49,282 nucleotides of DNA from Myxococcales bacterium (GTDB taxonomy: Bacteria > Myxococcota > UBA727 > JABDBI01). Positions 30,332 through 39,344 of the stretch are shown one piece after another. A program made the position numbers and the translations under genes. The stretch is from positions 1 through 49,282 of the forward strand of contig JAHFEE010000002.1 of NCBI GenBank assembly GCA_023248655.1, given 5' to 3'. The notes under the pieces were generated by a model. That model saw nothing but the letters and a program-made list of their open reading frames with translations, made no database searches and was not told the origin of the DNA. Position 1 is the first letter of the stretch. The number at the start of each line of letters is the position of its first letter.

Positions 30332-30889
30332 CTAAGAATATATATTGTTTTTAGTTATATAGTTGGCTACCTTGGGGTCTAGGTGCTGCAAATTTCGAGA
30401 GTAAATTTTTTCTCTGATTAGTCTACTCTTTGCCTGCTGGTATACGTTTTCTCTATTAAAAAATACCAGTGTTGCAAGTTGTTTAATTTTATCTATATTT
30501 TTCCATTTGTTTATATCATCAAACAGATCGCTTCCTGCAATGAAGAATATTTTTTTTTGAGGATAAGATTTATAAATTAATTCAAGCGTTTGAAAAGTAT
30601 AGTTTGGAAAAGGTAATTTTTCCTCAATTCTAGAAATTGATATATTTTTAAATTCTAGGAATGTTAATTCACACATAGTAATTCTATCTTCAAATTTACT
30701 TAACTGTTTTCCATTTGGATGAGCTGCACACGGTATTATTAGTACTTGATCAAGTTTCTTAGTTTTCATTGCTACAATTGCTAATAATTTATGGCCAAGA
30801 TGTGGAGGATCAAAACTGCCACTTAAAATCCCAATTCTCGCGCCTAGACAGGTGATTGGTATTTTATTTTTTATTAACATATCTATCAT
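30332..30889 (-). CDS. nadD: Nicotinate-nucleotide adenylyltransferase
   Basis: Has the (H/T)xGH nucleotidyltransferase motif GILSGSFDPPHLGH. Size (185 aa) is typical of NadD. Confidence 0.85.
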   Translation of the reverse strand: MIDMLIKNKIPITCLGARIGILSGSFDPPHLGHKLLAIVAMKTKKLDQVLIIPCAAHPNGKQLSKFEDRITMCELTFLEFKNISISRIEEKLPFPNYTFQTLELIYKSYPQKKIFFIAGSDLFDDINKWKNIDKIKQLATLVFFNRENVYQQAKSRLIREKIYSRNLQHLDPKVANYITKNNIYS

Positions 30890-30974
30890 ACCTTGGCATG
30901 TAAGTAATATTGATAAAATACGGCGTGCGGTTAAATTTTATGTATTTAAATAACATGATAATTAAAACTAGAAT

Positions 30975-31409
30975 TTATAAATTATCTAAGTATTTGGCAC
31001 GTTTTTTCCTTATTGTAGCAATTAATTTCTGTACAGTAATTATATCTCCAGAATAGATTCGATCTACAATTTTTGATTCAGCTAATAAACGCAATGCTTC
31101 ATCAAGCGCTCCAGCAGAAGATGCAGATTCTTCATTTGGAAACAACGCATCCCAGATGTGATAATTGTCCAATGGTTTCATGTGCGACTCCATGAATATG
31201 TTGAAATCAGATCCTGGCCTTAAATCAATTCTTTGATTCGCACTGTATCTTTGAGGGGTTTTGAATTGAGTGTAATACAATTCACATAGACTGTATGCAA
31301 TTTCTTTACGCCAATCTAATTGTAATATCCTGTTGGGTATTCTCTCTTTTATTTCTTTTTCAAGTTCAATCATTTTTTTCCAATCAATCATAGTTGTTAA
31401 TATTAGCAC
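30975..31409 (-). CDS. Hypothetical protein (144 aa), no recognised family
   Basis: Open frame directly upstream of nadD on the same strand. Composition is soluble and protein-like. The start is uncertain (GTG 31409 or ATG 31391). Confidence 0.45.
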   Translation of the reverse strand: MLILTTMIDWKKMIELEKEIKERIPNRILQLDWRKEIAYSLCELYYTQFKTPQRYSANQRIDLRPGSDFNIFMESHMKPLDNYHIWDALFPNEESASSAGALDEALRLLAESKIVDRIYSGDIITVQKLIATIRKKRAKYLDNL

Positions 31410-31666
31410 ATTGATTTCACTGTATAAACTTAAAAATTTGTAAGCATTAAAATTTTAATATAAAAGATTGAAAAAATATTTTTTTGCATTAAAATTGTCT
31501 ACGATAACGGTAATGTAAAGTATTATAATAAGTGTTAAATAGGTATTAAATATAATTTGAATTTTAAGTACATTTATCAGAATGGTACTTGACTTAATGT
31601 TCAAGCTCTGATTGAAAATAGATGATATTTTAATTTCAAAGTTAAGGTATTTATCATGCTCCGTAT

Positions 31667-31742
31667 TCCGCGATAGCTCAGCAGGTAGAGCAGGTGACTG
31701 TTAATCACCGGGTCGGCGGTTCGAATCCGTCTCGCGGAGCCA
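31667..31742 (+). tRNA. tRNA-Asn (anticodon GUU), CCA encoded
   Basis: TCCGCGATAGCTCAGCAGGTAGAGCAGGTGACTGTTAATCACCGGGTCGGCGGTTCGAATCCGTCTCGCGGAGCCA. Anticodon loop is CTGTTAA. It is the only tRNA in the window with a genomic CCA. Confidence 0.92.
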
Positions 31743-31750
31743 TGTTATCA

Positions 31751-34588
31751 TTAAGCCATGTTATCATCATAAGTAATTCTATTCTTTTTTTGCCTTAATC
31801 TTATAATACTATCCCCTATTCTTTCTTTTTGTTTTTTAAGATCTATCAACATTTCCTTGTGTTGTTCTACTATATTTTCCGGAGCGCATTCTACAAATTT
31901 AGGATTATTTAATCTTGCCGCGATTACAGTGTAATTTTTTATAATTTTATTCAATTCTCTGTTGAGTCTTTCCTGCTCGCTGCTGAGATCTAAATATTCA
32001 TCTGGAAGTAAAATAACGTCATAATTTGTATTAGAATTAATTATAGAAAGCTTTTCAATAATATAATTTTTTCTTAAAGCAAAACACAGAGAATTCAGTG
32101 CTGCGAATTTAATTATCGCGTTTTCCCATTGTTTTACAAATTTCATATTTTCCACAGATTCAGATAGTAACACTGCGGACATTTTTTTATTAACCGGCAA
32201 TTTTGATTCCTGTCTTGCATTTCTGAACATAATTACAATGTCTTGAAATTTTTTAAATTCATTTTCAGCATTTGAATCTATAAGATTAGAATTTGATTTT
32301 GGAAATTCCGAAAAAGAACAGTATCCAACACATTTTGGTAAATTTTCCCATATTTCCTCGGTTATAAATGGGCAAAATGGGTGCAGTAGACGAATTGTTA
32401 TTGAAATTAATTCAGACAATGTAGCTAAAACTTCCTGTTTTTGAATTCTTAATTTAGCAAGTTCAATATACCAATCACACATTTCGACCCAAACAAAATG
32501 GTAAATCTGTTCAGCCGCCCTTGAGAAATTATATTCACTTAAAGAAATATTGACATTTTTAATAAGATGCTGTGCTTGAGATAATATGTATTTGTCTTCT
32601 ATTTCAAGTTTTGAAAAGATTTTGCACACATCTTCAATTTGCTTATTTTCAACATGTCTTAAAACAAAGAGAGACGCATTCCATATTTTATTCAGAAAAG
32701 CTCGATATCCAAACATGCGCGGAATAGATAGTTTTATGTTATGGTTACCACCACTTCCAGACAGCATAGCAAGACTTAAACGTAAGCCGTCTGATCCCAA
32801 TGCAGGAATACCATCAGGGTAGCTTGTTTCAAGTTCTTTAATTACTTTTGGTAATAATTTTCGAGGAACGGGATGTTTTTTAGTTTTTGTAATTAAATCA
32901 TTTAAAGAAATTCCATCAATTACATCTAAGGGATCAATTGAATTTCCAAGAGATTTAGACATTTTTCTTCCCTGGGAATCTCTAACCATTCCATGTAGAT
33001 ATATATCTTTAAATGGTGGTTGTTTTGTAAAATGAATGCCAAACATCATCATTCTGGCTACCCAGAAAAATAAAATATCAGACCCAGTTTCCAGTACGGA
33101 TGATGGATAGAAAAATTCTAAATCTTTTGTTTTATCGGGCCATCCCATTACCGACAGCGGCCATATTGCAGATGAAAACCATGTATCCAATACATCTTCT
33201 TCTTGTTGATATTTTTCTGATCCGTATTTAGATGTCAAATTTTCAACAGCAGCAACAGATATATGTTTTATTTCACCATCTGAAATATTTTGTATTGACC
33301 TTCCATTTAATTTTTCTAAATCATAAAAGATTGGAATTCTGTGCCCCCACCATAACTGTCTTGAAATACACCAATCTTGAATATTTAACATGAAGTGATC
33401 ATAAATTTTTTTCCAGTTTGAAGGTATAATCCTGGTTTGTCCCAAATTCACAACTTCGAATGCCCTATGCGCCATTTCGCTCATTTTTACAAAATATTGC
33501 TTACTCAGGATGGGCTCAATTACCTCACCGGATCTTGATGAAATACCAACATTATGAGAAATGTTTTCACTTCCGCGTGCAAGTCCTATTTTGAATAATT
33601 CTTTTTTTATCCTGTCTCTCGCTTCAAGTTTAGTGAGCCCACGATAAATTCCTCCATTTGAATTTATTTTCAAATCTGGTGTAAAAATTGAAATACGCTC
33701 TAGGTTATGACGTTCTCCTATTGAAAAATCAATTGGATCATGAGCTGGTGTTATTTTTACTGCTCCAGTTCCAAAATTTGGATCTACTTCGCTGTCGAAT
33801 ACTATCGGTATAATTCGATTCAAAAAAGGGTGCCAAACTTTTTTTCCATTTAAATGCTTATACCTGGGGTCATTTGGAGAAACTGCAATTGCTGTATCTC
33901 CGAGCATTGTCTCGGGTCGAGTTGTGGCAACCACTATTTCTTCCTTGGAGCTTTCAGGGTTAATAGAATTAAGATCTAAAATTTTATAAGCAAATTTAAA
34001 AAGTTCACCTTGAGATTCTATATATTCAATTTCTTCGTTACTTAATACGGTTTTTGTTTTAGAATCCCAATTGACAATTCTCTCACTTCTGTAGATCAAA
34101 TTTTCATTCCATAATTGAACAAACGCTGTATTAACTGCTCTTATATGGCTATGGTCCATTGTAAATTTCTGTCGACTCCAATCTGCGGATGCGCCCAATC
34201 TTTTCATTTGCTTGATAATTGTTTGTCCGTTTTTTTCAACCCAATTCCAGGTTTTTTCTAAAAATTTTTCACGACCTATTTCTTGACGTGTTTTTCCTTC
34301 AGTTTTTAAAAGCTCACGTTCAACAACTATTTGAGTGGCTATTCCTGCATGATCTGTTCCGGGAACCCAGACTACTGTTTTACCCTTAAGTCTATTAAAT
34401 CTTATCAATATGTCCTGCAAGGTTAAGAATAATGCATGTCCATTATGAAGTATACCAGTCACATTCGGCGGAGGCATTATAATTACAAAGGCATCATTTT
34501 TTGTTTGATCAGGTGAAAAGAAAAGATTTTGATCGAAAATTTTTTGCCACTTTTCTTCTATAATTTTACTATTGTACAAAGAATTCAT
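31751..34588 (-). CDS. valS: Valyl-tRNA synthetase
   Basis: Has the HIGH-type motif PPPNVTGILHNGHAL, KMSKS (RKMSKSLGN), an editing domain and a C-terminal coiled coil. Confidence 0.95.
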   Translation of the reverse strand: MNSLYNSKIIEEKWQKIFDQNLFFSPDQTKNDAFVIIMPPPNVTGILHNGHALFLTLQDILIRFNRLKGKTVVWVPGTDHAGIATQIVVERELLKTEGKTRQEIGREKFLEKTWNWVEKNGQTIIKQMKRLGASADWSRQKFTMDHSHIRAVNTAFVQLWNENLIYRSERIVNWDSKTKTVLSNEEIEYIESQGELFKFAYKILDLNSINPESSKEEIVVATTRPETMLGDTAIAVSPNDPRYKHLNGKKVWHPFLNRIIPIVFDSEVDPNFGTGAVKITPAHDPIDFSIGERHNLERISIFTPDLKINSNGGIYRGLTKLEARDRIKKELFKIGLARGSENISHNVGISSRSGEVIEPILSKQYFVKMSEMAHRAFEVVNLGQTRIIPSNWKKIYDHFMLNIQDWCISRQLWWGHRIPIFYDLEKLNGRSIQNISDGEIKHISVAAVENLTSKYGSEKYQQEEDVLDTWFSSAIWPLSVMGWPDKTKDLEFFYPSSVLETGSDILFFWVARMMMFGIHFTKQPPFKDIYLHGMVRDSQGRKMSKSLGNSIDPLDVIDGISLNDLITKTKKHPVPRKLLPKVIKELETSYPDGIPALGSDGLRLSLAMLSGSGGNHNIKLSIPRMFGYRAFLNKIWNASLFVLRHVENKQIEDVCKIFSKLEIEDKYILSQAQHLIKNVNISLSEYNFSRAAEQIYHFVWVEMCDWYIELAKLRIQKQEVLATLSELISITIRLLHPFCPFITEEIWENLPKCVGYCSFSEFPKSNSNLIDSNAENEFKKFQDIVIMFRNARQESKLPVNKKMSAVLLSESVENMKFVKQWENAIIKFAALNSLCFALRKNYIIEKLSIINSNTNYDVILLPDEYLDLSSEQERLNRELNKIIKNYTVIAARLNNPKFVECAPENIVEQHKEMLIDLKKQKERIGDSIIRLRQKKNRITYDDNMA

Positions 34589-34828
34589 TTATCCTGAGTT
34601 TTTATCATATCGAATATTCAATATAAAGAAATACTTCCCTAGTTTCATGTGTCAATATTAATTATATATTACATATTTTAATTATTAATTGCATTTCTGT
34701 GATAAATTTAAATTTCAAATTGCGGATGCTTTACAAACATAAAGCGTAAGAGTATTATAAACTCCTCCTGTTGTTTGGTTTGATATTTTATATATAAAAA
34801 GTTTTACATATAATTAATAAAGATAAGT

Positions 34829-35458
34829 ATGAGTTTTAGATTAATTTTTTTTTTATTTTCTTTTAATTTATTCTCAGAACATCCATTTTTGGAAACATTC
34901 ACATCAATTCCAACTATTACGTTGAATGATGATCAAAAATTAAAATTGGAGAATGGTGATTTGGTATTTTGGGAACGTTCGCGGGATCTTTCAAGAAAAA
35001 GATACCTAAGAGAAGGAATAGCTATATTTAGAATTAATGCGAAACCTGAAATTATTTGGAGTATAATTTTGGATTTTTCAAAATATCCTGATTGGGCGTA
35101 TAAAATTTGGGGTGCTGATGATTATAAGTCTTTTATTGCTCACAAAAGATACGTAGAATTCAGAACTCAGATAATAGGAAAAAAATACTACATAGAACAT
35201 GATCTTTCAAAAATCAGAGAGGGTTACTTGACCTGGAACATAGATCACAGCCGAAAAAGCGACTGTGTTCTTGACACGGTGGGTTTTTGGAAAGTTGATC
35301 AAGTTAAAAAATACTCAAATCAATGCGATGTGTATTATTTTGGAAAAGTTATCTTATCACGTTTATGCGCGAAAGGCTTTCTTGGAATAGGTGGTTTCAA
35401 CAGCAGAGACATGGCAGAACAAACTTATCGAAAGTTTAAGGAAATGACGCACCAGTAA
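34829..35458 (+). CDS. Hypothetical secreted protein, SRPBCC/START-like fold suspected
   Basis: Has an N-terminal signal-like segment MSFRLIFFLFSFNLFS. The segment IWSIILDFSKYPDWAYKI resembles the D-x-x-x-YP-x-W signature of polyketide-cyclase/SRPBCC proteins. The assignment is tentative. Confidence 0.5.
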   Translation: MSFRLIFFLFSFNLFSEHPFLETFTSIPTITLNDDQKLKLENGDLVFWERSRDLSRKRYLREGIAIFRINAKPEIIWSIILDFSKYPDWAYKIWGADDYKSFIAHKRYVEFRTQIIGKKYYIEHDLSKIREGYLTWNIDHSRKSDCVLDTVGFWKVDQVKKYSNQCDVYYFGKVILSRLCAKGFLGIGGFNSRDMAEQTYRKFKEMTHQ

Positions 35459-35525
35459 GTCACGATAACATTCGCTATTGCTCTTTGCATATTATTCAAT
35501 GCCTTACAATGCAATGCAGGTATCA

Positions 35526-36887
35526 TTAATTAATGCTGTGCACATTTGATTCTTCAACAATTTGATCTGCTAATTGATTCGCCATTTTATTTATTTTTAT
35601 TTGATTATTACCTTCTATGAGAATTCGAATGCTTGATTCCGTGCCACTGTGACGCACAAAAATACGCCCCGTTGCGCCCAATTCTTTTTCAATTTCGCTT
35701 ATCAGTTTGCTTGTTTTTCTTAAATTTTTAAATGGTATTTGTTGTTTAACAAATCGATTTTGAATAATTCTCGGAATTGGGTTTAATATCTTCCTGAGAT
35801 TCGATAACGAATTTCTTGAATTCCTAATTATATTTAACAGCATTAATGCGCTAAATAAACCATCACCAGTTGTGCTATGATTCATGAAAATAAAATGTCC
35901 TGACTCTTCTCCGCCAAAAGAGTACCCACCGATACGAAGTTTTTCAACAACGTTTCGATCACCAATTTGAGTTCTAATGGTATTAATTTTATTTTGTTTA
36001 AGACATTGTTCTATACTCAATGTGCTCATCTTAGTGCAAACTAATGTATTTTTTTCCAAAATTTTTTGATTTTTTAAATAATTTGCAAAAAGCACCAGAA
36101 TAACATCTCCAGATACAAGATTTCCAATTTCATCAATTACAACTAGGCGATCAGCATCACCATCTAATATTATTCCAAGGTCTGCGCTTTCTTTTCTAAT
36201 TAATGATCTAATTGTGTCAATATACGGAAAATAGGTATCGTGATTTATATTTAAACCATTTGGCTTATTTTCAATTAATAGTATTCTAGCCCCTAATTCT
36301 TCAAGTAATCTGGGACCAATTTTATACGCAGATCCATTAGAACAGTCTAAAACTATCTTGAATCCTTTTAGATTGAAATTTAAAGGTAGAGAATTTTTAA
36401 TATGAGTTAAGTATTCTTTTTCAGCATGATCAATATAGGTTGTTTTTCCAATTTGACAGTGGAGAGGATTTTGAAAAATTGGTTTCAGTGCAAGATCTAA
36501 AATTTTCAATTCTTGAATTCTGTTTAATTTAAAACCAAAAGAATTAAATATTTTTATACCATTGTCATGGGCTTTGTTGTGACTGGCTGAAATCATAATT
36601 CCGGCATCTGCATTCATTTTTCTCGTAAGGTACGCAATTCCCGAAGTGGGCAATAAGCCAAGATTGCAGACTTTCGTTCCCATGGAACAAATTCCGGCCG
36701 ATAATGCGTGTTCAAGCATATTGTTCGACAATCTTGTATCTTTTCCAACGAGAATTTTTCTATTTTGATTTCTGCTAAAAAAAAAACTTAACGCCCGGCC
36801 AATTGAAAGCATGAATTCCGCAGTTATTGGATAAATGTTAACCTGGCCTCTGATTCCATCAGTTCCAAATGGATTTTTTAAAATCAT
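35526..36887 (-). CDS. glmM: Phosphoglucosamine mutase
   Basis: Contains the phosphoserine loop GIMISASHNKAHDNGIK, the metal loop DGDADR and GGEESGH. Confidence 0.9.
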   Translation of the reverse strand: MILKNPFGTDGIRGQVNIYPITAEFMLSIGRALSFFFSRNQNRKILVGKDTRLSNNMLEHALSAGICSMGTKVCNLGLLPTSGIAYLTRKMNADAGIMISASHNKAHDNGIKIFNSFGFKLNRIQELKILDLALKPIFQNPLHCQIGKTTYIDHAEKEYLTHIKNSLPLNFNLKGFKIVLDCSNGSAYKIGPRLLEELGARILLIENKPNGLNINHDTYFPYIDTIRSLIRKESADLGIILDGDADRLVVIDEIGNLVSGDVILVLFANYLKNQKILEKNTLVCTKMSTLSIEQCLKQNKINTIRTQIGDRNVVEKLRIGGYSFGGEESGHFIFMNHSTTGDGLFSALMLLNIIRNSRNSLSNLRKILNPIPRIIQNRFVKQQIPFKNLRKTSKLISEIEKELGATGRIFVRHSGTESSIRILIEGNNQIKINKMANQLADQIVEESNVHSIN

Positions 36888-36989
36888 CTATATGAAAATG
36901 ATAACATATATTGAATCTATTGAAAAATTTTTTTTTTTGATACCTATAAGGTTCTAAGTTATTTTCAAAATAAAGGGGGTGAATATTCT

Positions 36990-37199
36990 ATGACAAGGGT
37001 TGCAGTAAGAGATGGTGAATCTATTGAGCGCGCTTTAAAGCGATTTAAACGCAAAGTGGAGCAATCTGGTGTTCTAAAAGAAGTCAGAAAGCGTGAATAC
37101 TTCATTAAACCTTCAATGAAAAAAAAGGTAAAAGCCAGAAATGCGGAAAGTCGTGCACGTAAACGTGAAAAGAAAGTTGTTCCAAAAGGGGCATCTTGA
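36990..37199 (+). CDS. rpsU: 30S ribosomal protein S21
   Basis: ESIERALKRFKRKVEQSGVLKEVRKREYFIKPS is the canonical S21 sequence. A strong Shine-Dalgarno sequence, AAGGGGGTGA, lies upstream. Confidence 0.9.
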   Translation: MTRVAVRDGESIERALKRFKRKVEQSGVLKEVRKREYFIKPSMKKKVKARNAESRARKREKKVVPKGAS

Positions 37200-38059
37200 G
37201 CACTATAGCAATTGGGAATTTCGATGGATTACACTTAGGTCATCAATTTCTCTTGATGAAGATGAAGGCAATTGCTGAATTGGAAAATAGAAAACCAATC
37301 GCGTATACATTTGTTCCAAATACTCATGAAAAAAAAAGGTTAACTTCTGATATTCAAAAAGTAAAATTTATCAAAAATCTTGGAGTTAAGTCAATTGTAT
37401 TACAGGATTTTTCTAAGGAATTTGCGGCTTTAAATTCAGATGAATTTATCAATTTGGTTTTATTGAAACAATTGGGTGCAACGCACATCATTGTTGGCTC
37501 CAATTTTAAATTTGGAGCCAATGGTTTTGGAAATGCTGGAACTCTTGCTAATAAAAAAAAAATCAAAACCACTATCGTGGAACCAATTTTCGCAGGTAGT
37601 AGTATTTGTTCCTCAAGCGCTGTTCGCTGCGCTGTTGAATTTGGAAATCTTAATTTGGTAAAGCAATTACTTGGAAGACCTTATAGCTTGTCTGGCAATG
37701 TTATCGAAGGAAGAAAAAGAGGAAGACTTCTTGGTTACCCTACTGCTAATTTGAAAATTGAACAAGAAGTCATACCGCCACTTGGAGTTTATGCAATTCA
37801 TGATAATTGTATGAGATTTGGAATTGCAAATATTGGAAGAAGGCCAACATTTGAAATTAATAATGATATTTGTATTGAAATATATTTTTTAAATTTTAAT
37901 ACAAATTTATATAAAAGTAGAATTGAAATTTTTTTAGATTTATTTGTGCGCAAAGAGATGACTTTTGCCTCAGCGGATAAATTAAAAATTCAAATTTTAA
38001 ATGACATTAAAACAGTCGAAAAATTTTATTCAAAGACGAATCAACCTTCATTGTTATAG
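37196..38059 (+). CDS. ribF: Bifunctional riboflavin kinase / FMN adenylyltransferase
   Basis: The N-terminus has IAIGNFDGLHLGHQ (FAD synthetase). The C-terminus has GRKRGRLLGYPTANL and GIANIGRRPTF (riboflavin kinase). TTG start in a TTGA overlap with the rpsU stop. Confidence 0.85.
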   Translation: MSTIAIGNFDGLHLGHQFLLMKMKAIAELENRKPIAYTFVPNTHEKKRLTSDIQKVKFIKNLGVKSIVLQDFSKEFAALNSDEFINLVLLKQLGATHIIVGSNFKFGANGFGNAGTLANKKKIKTTIVEPIFAGSSICSSSAVRCAVEFGNLNLVKQLLGRPYSLSGNVIEGRKRGRLLGYPTANLKIEQEVIPPLGVYAIHDNCMRFGIANIGRRPTFEINNDICIEIYFLNFNTNLYKSRIEIFLDLFVRKEMTFASADKLKIQILNDIKTVEKFYSKTNQPSLL

Positions 38060-38211
38060 ATATTAGATTCTATTTATATTTGATTAATTGCCAATTTATA
38101 AAAATTTATTTTTCAAAAAAACATTATACAACTTGGGCACACGGTGTCGAAATACACAGACACACATAACGCAGATAACCTACAGTATACGCAACGCGTA
38201 CTATCTCAGGT

Positions 38212-38541
38212 TTATGTAATTTTTTCAACTAACATAAATGCTATTAATAATCCAAAAAGCACAATAGATTCTATTAGAGCCATAACCAAGATCAACGGAA
38301 CAAAGATTTTTTCTGACGCATTTGGATTACGTGCAATGCCTTCCATGGCTGCAGCGGCAGCACGTCCCTGTGCTAAAGTGCCCCCAAGCGTCGCCAATCC
38401 AATAGTAAGTCCTCCGGCAACAGCATACCAAACGTAGTTCGGGGCAGAAATCACTTCTTGAGTTTTGACAGATGCCATCAAGGTGCCAGAAGTGCTAATT
38501 AAGAAGGTAGTTGTTAAAAATAATATATTTTTTATTTTCAT
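38212..38541 (-). CDS. atpE: F0F1 ATP synthase subunit c with an N-terminal signal-peptide-like extension
   Basis: The hairpin core is [55 protein letters not shown], with an RNP loop and a helix-2 carboxylate. ATG lies 3 nt after the atpB stop. The first 24 or so residues ([23 protein letters not shown]) look like a signal peptide. Confidence 0.88.
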   Translation of the reverse strand: MKIKNILFLTTTFLISTSGTLMASVKTQEVISAPNYVWYAVAGGLTIGLATLGGTLAQGRAAAAAMEGIARNPNASEKIFVPLILVMALIESIVLFGLLIAFMLVEKIT

Positions 38542-38544
38542 AAT

Positions 38545-39264
38545 TTAATGATTTCCTATTTTTTTGACGTGAAGCGATATGTAAACACAGCTAAGCATAC
38601 AAAATACAATCGTTTGAATAATGGCAACGAATAGACCTAAAATTAAAAACGGTATCGGTAACATTAATGGCATAATTCCTGCAAACGCAAACAAAATTTT
38701 ATGGTCTCCTAACATGTTTCCCGCTAATCGAATTCCCAAAGAAAGCGGCCGCACTGCTATGCTTGAAAATTCAATCGGAAAAAGCAATGGAGATAAAAAC
38801 CATCCCCATTTTTTACCAATTGGATTCGCTATATGAATTATATGATTAAATCCGTTTTTTTTAAAACCCTTGTAATTAAAATAGCAAAATACAATAAAGC
38901 CGCAAGTGAGAGTTGTACCTATATTGTCCGTGGGCGGCGAAAATCCTGGAAATAATCCTAATAGATTTGAAAAGAGAATAAATAACCCCAATGAACCTAT
39001 AAGTGGTACGTGCTCCTCGTAATCCTGCCCGATGGTACTTTTCATCATATTTATAAATAATTCAACAATTATTTCAAAAAAAACTATTATCGACAAATTG
39101 GATGATGGAATTATATAGGTTTCAATATTACGAAGCTTGTAGCTACTGTAGGCGGCTAATGAAATCAATGTCAATAAAACCAATAATATAGAAACAAAAT
39201 TTTGCTCAGCAGAATTAAGTTGTATCGGCAACAAATCATACCAAGAACTGCAATGTTCATCCAT
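38545..39264 (-). CDS. atpB: F0F1 ATP synthase subunit a
   Basis: Polytopic protein with the essential-Arg helix RPLSLGIRLAGNMLGDH. Confidence 0.88.
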   Translation of the reverse strand: MDEHCSSWYDLLPIQLNSAEQNFVSILLVLLTLISLAAYSSYKLRNIETYIIPSSNLSIIVFFEIIVELFINMMKSTIGQDYEEHVPLIGSLGLFILFSNLLGLFPGFSPPTDNIGTTLTCGFIVFCYFNYKGFKKNGFNHIIHIANPIGKKWGWFLSPLLFPIEFSSIAVRPLSLGIRLAGNMLGDHKILFAFAGIMPLMLPIPFLILGLFVAIIQTIVFCMLSCVYISLHVKKIGNH

Positions 39265-39344
39265 ACAAATTATCTAATCCAGTATTCCATTGCTTGCGTC
39301 AATAACCTGTATGGTTATATTGCAGACAATTTGTAATATAAATT

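Noticed and set aside
31667-31767. Reading the tRNA-Asn 3'-end duplication as an att site of an integrated element.
   Set aside because: The two copies are only 16 bp apart and nothing is inserted between them. No integrase or foreign genes flank the tRNA, and valS follows immediately.
38144-38437. A 97-aa + strand ORF overlapping atpE.
   Set aside because: It is the reverse-frame shadow of the Ala/Gly-rich c-subunit hairpin. The minus-strand frame carries the canonical RNP loop and carboxylate helix.
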